From IMG/VR virus record IMGVR_UViG_3300017963_000077: 50,736 bases of DNA; one strand, given 5' to 3'. Every line of letters starts with the position of its first letter. Positions within the stretch are counted from its first letter, which is position 1. The notes beneath the pieces were generated by a model. That model was not told where the DNA came from. It was given only the letters and a program-made list of their open reading frames with translations, and did not search any database. The DNA is from a virus. The position numbers and the translations under genes were made by a program. Shown one piece after another: positions 8,600 through 16,090 of the stretch.

Positions 8600-9068
8600 A
8601 CGGCAACTCGCAGATTTTTACAAAACAGTTTGCTTAACTTATCAAAAAGAACCTGATGAAATTCAGCAAAATGAATGGATTAAAACACTGAATTTATTTA
8701 CTGATGAAGAGTTGGAAATATGTTGGATAAACATAAAAGAGGAATGGGCAAAAATGCCGCCAATATCCGCTTTTGTTAATATGCGCCTACAAATGCTTGA
8801 AATAGTGAGAAGAGAGGAAGAAAAAGAAAAGCTAAGAAATAAAATAAATGGATACAAAAAAGATGCAGCACCGATAAAAGATGGATTGAAGATGTGGGGG
8901 AATGCAATTGTAAAAACAATAGACGAAAAAACTATGCCCACAACTTCTAAAAGTGATGATTTTAATTCTTTGGGTGAATTAATGGTGAAAGCGTTTTTAA
9001 AGAAAACTAAAATGCACGCAAGCAAAGAAACCTTGGAAAATTGGAAAAAGGATGGGTTTGAAATATGA
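8592..9068 (+). CDS. SPP1 G39P-like helicase-loader candidate
   Basis: LADFYKTVCLTYQKEPDEIQQNEWIKTLNLFTDEELEICWINIKEEWAKMPPISAF follows the G39P pattern recalled from memory (Y-x-W-L-E-PPI). Confidence 0.4.
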   Translation: MDERQLADFYKTVCLTYQKEPDEIQQNEWIKTLNLFTDEELEICWINIKEEWAKMPPISAFVNMRLQMLEIVRREEEKEKLRNKINGYKKDAAPIKDGLKMWGNAIVKTIDEKTMPTTSKSDDFNSLGELMVKAFLKKTKMHASKETLENWKKDGFEI

Positions 9069-9119
9069 TTTATACAGATCAACGTACAATAGAGCAACAA
9101 AACTAATAGAGGAGAAATA

Positions 9120-9392
9120 ATGGAATTAAAATTAAATCAATTTAATTTAATAGGATTTTCAAGTGAAGCAGAAGTTAAAGATTTTTTTTCTAAAAAGACT
9201 CAAAGTGGTGCTGATAAAAATATTAAAAAACATTTAACAGAAATCAGAGACGATGTTATTGAATTCATAAAAAATGATTATCCACAGGTTATTTTTTTAT
9301 TTATATTAAAAAATGGTAAAAATTCTTTTACGTCGTATATTGGCGCAATAGATATTAAAAAAATACAAGTATTTATCCAAGGTTTAAAATGA
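9120..9392 (+). CDS. Hypothetical protein
   Basis: 90-aa ORF with SD GAGGAGA upstream. Confidence 0.5.
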   Translation: MELKLNQFNLIGFSSEAEVKDFFSKKTQSGADKNIKKHLTEIRDDVIEFIKNDYPQVIFLFILKNGKNSFTSYIGAIDIKKIQVFIQGLK

Positions 9393-9640
9393 TTAATCAA
9401 TTATGGTTTTTGAAAGCAAAAAACTTGAAGTATTTATTAAAAAATATTCCTAACAATCAAAAACTAAAAAAAGAAATTAAAAAATCATTACAGTTAAATA
9501 AAGATTGGCCGAAATGTTTTTTGATTTTGAAATATGAAAACAAAGAAAGTTTTGATATTGTTGCTGAAATATCGACCGAAACAATATTCAACATTTATAA
9601 TCAACTTGAGGAAATTGTTTATGCGAAAGATACCAGATAA
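9389..9640 (+). CDS. Hypothetical protein
   Basis: 83-aa ORF with an ATGA start/stop overlap with the previous gene. Confidence 0.45.
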   Translation: MINQLWFLKAKNLKYLLKNIPNNQKLKKEIKKSLQLNKDWPKCFLILKYENKESFDIVAEISTETIFNIYNQLEEIVYAKDTR

Positions 9641-10046
9641 AATAAAAAAAGTTTTAACCGACGATCCATTCATGAAAAATTGCGTTGCTTGTTTAGCAGA
9701 GGGAATAATTACATCAGAAAAACCAGAGTGGCACCACCCATTTATTTACGATAAAAAACAAATGACAGACGAGATATGGCAAATAATCCCGCTATGCAAA
9801 AAACATCACGCAGAACAAAAAGCCAAAGATTTGGCTGAATTTTTGGGTTTATTAAGATATTCGATAATAGAGCATGATTTATACTTTAAAAAATTGCAAG
9901 AAAAATTTCCCAAACATCCCAAATGGATTGTTGACTATGAATATAAAAAAGAAGATGCTTATTATAATTATGAAGCAACTATGTTACAATTAGTGATTAG
10001 TTTGGCTATAGCAAGTTTTGAAAAGCATGAAAAAAAACAGGAATAG
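9621..10046 (+). CDS. Cys/His-rich HNH-like (beta-beta-alpha-metal) protein
   Basis: The internal ATG at 9621 is preceded by GAGGAA. Contains CVAC ... EWHHP ... PLCKKHH. The upstream part of the 9534 ORF overlaps 9389..9640 and is rejected. Confidence 0.45.
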   Translation: MRKIPDKIKKVLTDDPFMKNCVACLAEGIITSEKPEWHHPFIYDKKQMTDEIWQIIPLCKKHHAEQKAKDLAEFLGLLRYSIIEHDLYFKKLQEKFPKHPKWIVDYEYKKEDAYYNYEATMLQLVISLAIASFEKHEKKQE

Positions 10047-10062
10047 AAAAAAGGGTTTAAAT

Positions 10063-10596
10063 ATGAAAGAAAAGCTTTTTGGTAAATCAAGGGCGATTTG
10101 GGGTAAAGTTGAAAATGGAAGATTTAAGTCTGAAATAAAAAAAAATGAGGACTATATTCATAACTGGCTAAAAAAAAGAGAGGGTTTAAATGTTTGCGTA
10201 CAATTTACAACGGAAAATAATGAATTTTCTCTGCCATGGCTTCGGTTTATTTGGGGCTATGTGATAGAGGAATTGAGACTGAGATCAAAATTTTGTGAAC
10301 AAATGTATTCTAAGGATGAAATGTATGAAGAATTTAAAAAGATTTGGTTTTATGTTCCAGATCACGACGGTAAACCTATTACAAAGAATGGCCAGACACT
10401 CGTTTTTAGTTTATCAAGATCTGGACAAGTCGGAGAATCGTGGCTAAAAGCAAAATGGCCATACATACAGCAAGATTCTATCATTAAATATGAATGTATT
10501 TTGCACAACAAAGGAGAATATTTCGACGAATTCACAGGACATAATCAAGAATTTAATTTACATGAAGAGCCATATAATTTAGAAAAGGGAGAATAA
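10063..10596 (+). CDS. Hypothetical protein
   Basis: The ATG at 10063 avoids overlap with the previous stop at 10046. 177 aa. Confidence 0.55.
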   Translation: MKEKLFGKSRAIWGKVENGRFKSEIKKNEDYIHNWLKKREGLNVCVQFTTENNEFSLPWLRFIWGYVIEELRLRSKFCEQMYSKDEMYEEFKKIWFYVPDHDGKPITKNGQTLVFSLSRSGQVGESWLKAKWPYIQQDSIIKYECILHNKGEYFDEFTGHNQEFNLHEEPYNLEKGE

Positions 10597-10597
10597 T

Positions 10598-11182
10598 ATG
10601 TTAACTTTTACGTTTTTAATTATGACCGCTTCTGCTAGTATGACTGGTTGGAATTATATATATATAAATGAATATACTAACACATTGGATTTTATGAGTG
10701 CACACCCACAGATAACTTCAATGGCAGTAGAAGAAAACGGCGGATACACCCAGACTATTAAGGGACTATATTTCACAAATTTTGAGATTGTACCGGGAAA
10801 TTATTTTATTGCTACTAACGCCGATTTTTATTATACAACAAATATCCCAGAAGATAATAAATATATCTCAGCTTACGATAAAGAAGTTGAGGAAAATACA
10901 AAGATATTAACATGGGATTTTTTGAAGCAAGAATTTATTGAGAATTATAATAAAGTGGAAAGAGGTATGCCTTACAAAATAATTAGAACGGATACTTTTT
11001 CCGCATATCCAAATCCATTCAACAATGAAATAAATGTTGATACTGATAAAGTTATTTATGTTTATAATTTGTTAGGCCAAAAAGTGGACCAATTTATGAA
11101 TAGAGGCGGAAAATTATTACCAGCAGGTACATATTTTTTAGTAGCAGGACAAGAAGTCATACAAGTAAAAAAAATAAAGTGA
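10598..11182 (+). CDS. Secreted protein with N-terminal signal peptide and T9SS (Por) C-terminal sorting domain
   Basis: N-terminus is MLTFTFLIMTASASM. C-terminus is YPNPFNNEINV...IYVYNLLGQKV...LPAGTYFLVAG...QVKKIK, matching type A T9SS CTD motifs. Confidence 0.75.
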   Translation: MLTFTFLIMTASASMTGWNYIYINEYTNTLDFMSAHPQITSMAVEENGGYTQTIKGLYFTNFEIVPGNYFIATNADFYYTTNIPEDNKYISAYDKEVEENTKILTWDFLKQEFIENYNKVERGMPYKIIRTDTFSAYPNPFNNEINVDTDKVIYVYNLLGQKVDQFMNRGGKLLPAGTYFLVAGQEVIQVKKIK

Positions 11183-11191
11183 GGATATAAT

Positions 11192-11578
11192 ATGATTAAT
11201 TTAAAAAAAGCAAGAATGATCTGGAAAAATTTTCGCGCAAAAAGTGAATGTAACCAACATTTTGAACCCTATTATATAGATGAGGACATTTTCATATTAA
11301 AACACAAAAGCCATACCGTCAGACCAAGATTGGTAAAAGCAAAGGGGAAATATACTTGTCCGACAAAATATTATTATTTTAATATGGACTTTCCATTTGA
11401 AATAGATGAATTGAGAAAAGAAAATGCGGTCTGTTATTTTGCTGAGACAGAAAAATTTGACAAAAAAGCCAAAGAAAACTTAAAATATTTATTTGAATTT
11501 GATATAAATCCAAGATCAAAAGAAAATAAATATCAAGTTATTAAGTTGCAATCAATGGGAGAAATGCAATATGCCTAA
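11192..11578 (+). CDS. Hypothetical protein
   Basis: 128-aa ORF with SD GAGGA upstream. Confidence 0.55.
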   Translation: MINLKKARMIWKNFRAKSECNQHFEPYYIDEDIFILKHKSHTVRPRLVKAKGKYTCPTKYYYFNMDFPFEIDELRKENAVCYFAETEKFDKKAKENLKYLFEFDINPRSKENKYQVIKLQSMGEMQYA

Positions 11579-12056
11579 ATTAAATTTTGGCAAACATGCC
11601 GGCAAGGACATTAAAGAAGTTCCAACAGGTTATTTAACGTGGATGGTTGAAAAAGAAATAAAAAACTATAATGATGCAAAAGAGGAATTAATCAGACGAA
11701 AAAAGTCAAGTGTGCCATGTGAATTAACTAATAAAGCAATTGACATGGCAAGCGTAAACATGCTTGATAAATTTCTGGAGCGAGAAAATTTAAAAGAAGG
11801 GATAGCAACATTTTTCTCAAAATTGGCACTTGAAATAATTGAACAAGGCGCTGAAATGGAGGATGGTATATTTGGAAAAGATCATATATTTGTCATGACA
11901 AATAAAAACACAATTAATCCTGTTGTTTATTCTATTTGGGAAAATCAACATATATCAACTGACAAATATGAGGCAGAAGAAATTCCAGATTCAGAAGATC
12001 CGACTGGGCAATATTCAAACAAGAGTGATGAAATAAATGATAGTTTGCCATTTTAA
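11571..12056 (+). CDS. DUF3820-like protein with acidic C-terminus
   Basis: The N-terminal MPKLNFGKHAGKDIKEVPTGYLTWMVE matches the FGK-x-GK...YL-W motif of DUF3820. Confidence 0.55.
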   Translation: MPKLNFGKHAGKDIKEVPTGYLTWMVEKEIKNYNDAKEELIRRKKSSVPCELTNKAIDMASVNMLDKFLERENLKEGIATFFSKLALEIIEQGAEMEDGIFGKDHIFVMTNKNTINPVVYSIWENQHISTDKYEAEEIPDSEDPTGQYSNKSDEINDSLPF

Positions 12057-12073
12057 AAAAGGAAGAAAATAAA

Positions 12074-12454
12074 ATGTTGAAATTAAAACAATATGCCAAA
12101 GACACTATAACGAATTATCAAGGTATTATTACAGCTTACGCTATTTTTGCTTCTGGAGAGGCAACTGTGGAGATAACGAAGCAAACGGATTCAGAAATAA
12201 AAACAGAATGGATATCAGAGCCAAGGGTTTGCGTTATTGGCGGCGACGAAGAAGAAATTGTTGACCTGAAAAAATATTTAAATAAAAGTTTTATTTGCAA
12301 AGCGGCACCCGAGTTTTATGGGACATGTACCGGAGCAGCTCAATATTGCACCGGATATATACGGTTAGAAATAACGCCGGAATTTTTAGGCAAAAAAAAC
12401 AAAAAAGTTATTCGCCAATGGTTTTATGTTAATGAATTAAGAATTAAAATTTAA
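12074..12454 (+). CDS. Hypothetical protein
   Basis: 126-aa ORF with SD AAGGAAGA upstream. Confidence 0.55.
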   Translation: MLKLKQYAKDTITNYQGIITAYAIFASGEATVEITKQTDSEIKTEWISEPRVCVIGGDEEEIVDLKKYLNKSFICKAAPEFYGTCTGAAQYCTGYIRLEITPEFLGKKNKKVIRQWFYVNELRIKI

Positions 12455-12468
12455 ATAAGGTAAAAAAC

Positions 12469-13026
12469 ATGAGCAGACAACAAAAAAGAACTTTTATATT
12501 TTTTATTTTTATGTTTATTGTTGCAATAAGTATGATTATAATCAATATAAATTGTATTGCACTAAAAGAAACTAAGCCAACATTGTCACAAATTCCAAGA
12601 GCTACGCAATGGGAAATAGCCTGGGACGAGGTTAATGATCCAGATTTTAGTTATTACACAGTTTATATTTATAAGGGTGTAGATCAATTCAACATACCCT
12701 TGGTGACAGAAATTAAAGTTGATACAAACTATTATAAAGTTTTAGGTAATACTTTAGATTTGCCACATGATATAAATATTATTAAATTTTATGTTACAGC
12801 AACAGATTTAAATGGAAATGAAAGCGCTTACGATACGACTATTTCAAAAATAATTTATAAAAGTTCTGGAATAGTTGGTGATGAAAATAAAAGTGGAGTT
12901 TTTGATTATGTAGAATATTTAAGAATGATTGATTTTATCAAAAAAAATAAATATTCTATTTATTATGATTTTAATTTTGATGTGAAACTTGATTCTTTGG
13001 ACTTGGAAATAGCTTTAAGTGATTGA
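12469..13026 (+). CDS. Membrane-anchored FN3-like / dockerin-like protein
   Basis: N-terminal TM segment FIFFIFMFIVAISMIIINI. FN3-like WDEVNDPDFSYYTVYIY...VTATDLNGNESAY. Two EF-hand-like segments, GDENKSGVFDYVEYL and DFNFDVKLDSLDLEIAL. Confidence 0.5.
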   Translation: MSRQQKRTFIFFIFMFIVAISMIIININCIALKETKPTLSQIPRATQWEIAWDEVNDPDFSYYTVYIYKGVDQFNIPLVTEIKVDTNYYKVLGNTLDLPHDINIIKFYVTATDLNGNESAYDTTISKIIYKSSGIVGDENKSGVFDYVEYLRMIDFIKKNKYSIYYDFNFDVKLDSLDLEIALSD

Positions 13027-13387
13027 AATTTTTAAAAAAATTGAGGGCGAAAAATACTATCTCGTCTCAAACTTAGGAACCGTACTGCGAATTGAGCATT
13101 CAAGGCTAATAAATGGTATTAAACGCCATTACAGAAAAAAAATAATAAAACCTTTTGATAACGGTAATGGCTACTTGAAAGTAAAATTAACGGACGAGAA
13201 TGGTTGCAATATCTATTATATTCATAGATTAGTGATTAAAACTTTTTGCCCTCAATTAACTCCAAAAGAACAAGTTAGACACAGAGATGGAAACAGGCAA
13301 AATAACTGCCTTGAAAATCTTGAGTGGGGAACTCCCCTTGAAAATGCACAAGACAAAAAAAATTATAATGTAAAGCGACCTATATAA
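13019..13387 (+). CDS. HNH homing endonuclease (NUMOD4/HNH_3 type)
   Basis: YLVSNLGTVLR ... GNGYLKVKL ... YIHRLV ... VRHRDGNRQNNCLENLEWGTPLEN. GTG start overlapping the previous stop. Confidence 0.85.
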   Translation: MIEIFKKIEGEKYYLVSNLGTVLRIEHSRLINGIKRHYRKKIIKPFDNGNGYLKVKLTDENGCNIYYIHRLVIKTFCPQLTPKEQVRHRDGNRQNNCLENLEWGTPLENAQDKKNYNVKRPI

Positions 13388-13420
13388 TAGTTCATCTGAC
13401 CTCTTTTAGGAAAAAACGAT

Positions 13421-14656
13421 ATGCCAATGGAACTGGAATACTTATTAAGGTGCATTGAATCAACACAAGAACTGGGACATGAAGAAGCAGCTTTTCAGCT
13501 TGGGATTAAAATATCTACGCTTGAAAGATATTTGAGAGAAGCACGAGAGCGCTTTGGTATTGATCTAAATTCTGATGTTGAAATGATAAAATCAAATGTA
13601 AAATATAAACAAGAAACTTTAAGGGCAAGAGATACAAACAGAATAGAAAGAAAAACATTCCGAGAATTCGCCAGAGTATCAAATGCCGTTCAAGAATATC
13701 AAAAAGAAATTATTAAAATAATAAAAGAAAATAATTTTGCAGAAACTAAAAAACATACAATCAAAAACTCAAAAGCATCTGGAATAATTCATTTAACAGA
13801 TACGCATTTTAACGAATTAGTAAACATGGAGGGATATAATTACTATGACTTTTCCGTGGCTTCCAAAAGGTTGTATAAGTTCGCAAACGAATCTATTAAA
13901 ATTTTTAAATTATATAATATAGAAAATGTATTAATCGCCATGACTGGCGACATGTTGAATTCTGACGCACGACTTGACAAGCTTTTAAATGCAGCTACGA
14001 ACAGAGCGAAAGCAACTTTTGTGGGTGCTGATTTATTAAGGTCATTTATATTTCATATCAATCAACATTTTAACGTTTCAGTCGCGGCAGTTTCCGGGAA
14101 TGAGTCTCGTATTGGTGATGAAGTTGGTTATACAGATATGTTGGTTACTGATAATTATGATTTTACAATATTTCAGATTCTAAAATTAATATTCGAGGAT
14201 AAACCCGGAATAAAGTTTGCGGATTTTGGTGGCAAGGAGCAAGATATAATTGTTGGCAACAAAAGAATATTGCTCATGCATGGCAACGAAACAACTTTGC
14301 GTGGTGATGTTGAAAAAGGAATTTCGCAATTGATGGGCAAATATGCTGACAAAGGGAAAAAAATAGATTTTGTAATTTTTGGTCACATTCATTATGCAAG
14401 GATTGGCGACAAGTTTGGTCGTGGTTCATCCTTGGTCGGTGCGAATGATTATTCTGACAAAGGGCTACATTTAATATCAAGAGCCAGTCAAAATATACAT
14501 ATTATCACTAAAGAGGGTGATATTCATTCAATCAAGATTGATTTACAAAATACCACCAACGAAAAATATGATTTCAATAAAGCACTTGAGGCATACAATC
14601 CAAAGTCGGCCGGCAAGCTCAAACAAACAACAAAAATTATGGAAATCGTAATATAA
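13421..14656 (+). CDS. Calcineurin-like metallophosphoesterase (Mre11/SbcD-type) with N-terminal HTH-like region
   Basis: Five phosphoesterase motifs: HLTDTH, TGDMLNSD, SGNESR, LLMHGNE, FGHIHY. The N-terminus contains LGIKISTLERYLREARE. Confidence 0.8.
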   Translation: MPMELEYLLRCIESTQELGHEEAAFQLGIKISTLERYLREARERFGIDLNSDVEMIKSNVKYKQETLRARDTNRIERKTFREFARVSNAVQEYQKEIIKIIKENNFAETKKHTIKNSKASGIIHLTDTHFNELVNMEGYNYYDFSVASKRLYKFANESIKIFKLYNIENVLIAMTGDMLNSDARLDKLLNAATNRAKATFVGADLLRSFIFHINQHFNVSVAAVSGNESRIGDEVGYTDMLVTDNYDFTIFQILKLIFEDKPGIKFADFGGKEQDIIVGNKRILLMHGNETTLRGDVEKGISQLMGKYADKGKKIDFVIFGHIHYARIGDKFGRGSSLVGANDYSDKGLHLISRASQNIHIITKEGDIHSIKIDLQNTTNEKYDFNKALEAYNPKSAGKLKQTTKIMEIVI

Positions 14657-14681
14657 ATAATATTATAAATCCATACAGAAC

Positions 14682-14721
14682 AAAAAAAACCCGGAACTTT
14701 GAAAATTCCGGGTAGTTTTTT
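14682..14721. terminator. Bidirectional rho-independent terminator between convergent genes
   Basis: A8 tract, stem ACCCGGAA / TTCCGGGT (14689-14696 / 14706-14713), then a T6 tract. Lies between the + gene ending at 14656 and the - gene ending at 14741. Confidence 0.8.
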
Positions 14722-14740
14722 GTTGAATAGTATGTATAAA

Positions 14741-15088
14741 TTAATCAATTTTAATAATCATTGATTTTGGACTCAAGTTTTGTATGACACGTTCAATATG
14801 ACCAAATGATTCAAAATAGTTAGCGACAACTTTATTATTATTTTTTGCTCGCCAGTAATGTTTACAAAATTCTACAGTAAAAACATTACCTTTTTTTATT
14901 CCAGGTGAAAGGATTGGAGTTTTGTTTGCTTTAGTATATTTTTTTTCATGAACATGACATTTAATTATCGCGCTTGAATTTGAATCACAAGTTGCGATTA
15001 TATCATTCGTGTCAGCATCAATTAAATCATAGCATCGTGAATGGATTTTTTTGATAATAATAGTTTCTGCTTTTTTAAACTTTCTCAT
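14741..15088 (-). CDS. Hypothetical protein
   Basis: 115-aa ORF with SD GGGAGAAATAAAATG. Confidence 0.55.
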   Translation of the reverse strand: MRKFKKAETIIIKKIHSRCYDLIDADTNDIIATCDSNSSAIIKCHVHEKKYTKANKTPILSPGIKKGNVFTVEFCKHYWRAKNNNKVVANYFESFGHIERVIQNLSPKSMIIKID

Positions 15089-15100
15089 TTTATTTCTCCC

Positions 15101-15397
15101 TTAAGGATTAACGTTCCAATTGTTCCAAGACCCATTAATTACAGCTTCCCAAACATCGTCATAATAATCAAAGTTTTTTATTGAATCAATCCATAGTTCA
15201 GCGTGTTCGTATTCATCTTTATCATAATCTCCAGATTCAACATCTTTACAGTGAGGGTAATAAGTGCCTTGTATGCAAATCATTTCGTTTTCGTGTAATT
15301 CCAATACTCCGTCATGTATAAAGTGTCCATTTTCAAAAAGATCAAATAAATAACCATGTTCAATTTTTTGTTGTTCTGCCATTTCAACTTTTTTCAT
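15101..15397 (-). CDS. Hypothetical, strongly acidic small protein
   Basis: 98 aa, rich in D/E and aromatic residues (DVESGDYDKDEYEHAELWIDS..DYYDDVWE). SD GGGAGAAATAAAATG. Confidence 0.55.
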   Translation of the reverse strand: MKKVEMAEQQKIEHGYLFDLFENGHFIHDGVLELHENEMICIQGTYYPHCKDVESGDYDKDEYEHAELWIDSIKNFDYYDDVWEAVINGSWNNWNVNP

Positions 15398-15422
15398 TTT
15401 ATTTCTCCCTTGTAATTATTAA

Positions 15423-15752
15423 TTAATCTTGAAATCTTTTTACAATATAACCAACTAACTCGACTTCAGCGCCATTGTTTAACTCTAATAAAAAAGAAAC
15501 TGTATACTGTGTAAAACTGCTTGTAATGGATATCAGGTTTCCTTGTATGTTCAATTCACTTTCAGTGTTATTAATATCTGATTGCTTTGAAAATACAATC
15601 CTGATTCCATTGTCCGTTGTCGTTATAAGTTTTAAATTATCAGATTCATAATATTCTGGTTCTGTATAATTTTTACCTAAAACAAAAACATCTACATTAT
15701 AACCTTTTAACAACTTTTTTAAGTTTCTAAGTTCTTCATTTGCTTTTTTCAT
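15423..15752 (-). CDS. Hypothetical protein (first gene of the promoter-copy-B operon)
   Basis: Start taken at MKKANEEL, preceded by AAGGAGAAATAAAATG. The 13-aa extension in the ORF track is the translated duplicated leader. Confidence 0.6.
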   Translation of the reverse strand: MKKANEELRNLKKLLKGYNVDVFVLGKNYTEPEYYESDNLKLITTTDNGIRIVFSKQSDINNTESELNIQGNLISITSSFTQYTVSFLLELNNGAEVELVGYIVKRFQD

Positions 15753-15859
15753 TTTATTTCTCCTTTTTTGTTTGTGTAAGTAAGTAACCAAATATAATAT
15801 TTTATATTATATTTGTCAAGGACTTTTTGCATTATTTTAACTTTTTTTTATTGTTTGTT
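15745..15859 (-). repeat. 115-bp duplicated promoter/operator/5' leader, copy B
   Basis: Identical to 18460-18574 except for one mismatch (15829 G vs 18544 A). Confidence 0.95.
15791..15819 (-). promoter_or_regulatory. Promoter TTGACA-17nt-TATATT with overlapping 10-bp inverted repeat (copy B)
   Basis: On the minus strand, TTGACA is at 15819-15814 and TATATT at 15796-15791. The palindrome AAATATAATA-TTTTA-TATTATATTT spans 15790-15814. The -10 region also reads TAtaTTTG. Confidence 0.6.
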
Positions 15860-15892
15860 AAAAAAAAAAGCCCCCTCTTGGGGGGCTTTTTT
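15860..15892. terminator. Bidirectional rho-independent terminator
   Basis: A10 tract, stem GCCCCC / GGGGGC (15870-15875 / 15881-15886), then a T6 tract. Ends the upstream minus-strand operon. Confidence 0.85.
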
Positions 15893-16079
15893 ATGGAAGT
15901 TTTTTCAAACTAAATTCAATGAGGGCCATTTTAATAATCTGACTTGTATTTAGTTCAATTTTAAAAGCATGTTTGTAATTATCTTTAATGTATTTAATAA
16001 GTTTTTCCGAATCTTCGGTTAAATAAATTGAACAAGGTCGCCCTTTTTGTCCCAATACTTTCGATTTTGTTAATGGCAT
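15891..16079 (-). CDS. Ribbon-helix-helix (CopG/Arc-like) candidate regulator
   Basis: 62 aa. RPCSIYLTEDSEKLIKYIKDNY...NTSQIIKMALIEF fits a strand-helix-helix layout. Confidence 0.45.
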   Translation of the reverse strand: MPLTKSKVLGQKGRPCSIYLTEDSEKLIKYIKDNYKHAFKIELNTSQIIKMALIEFSLKKLP

Positions 16080-16090
16080 TACAATTCTCC

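Noticed and set aside
15753-15791. The N-terminal extension MVTYLHKQKRRNK shared by ORFs 15423..15791 and 17829..18506 could suggest a conserved peptide or gene duplication.
   Set aside because: It is the translated duplicated 5' leader. The extension contains the SD (AAGGAGAAATAAA) for the downstream MKK start and begins at a non-ATG codon inside the promoter.
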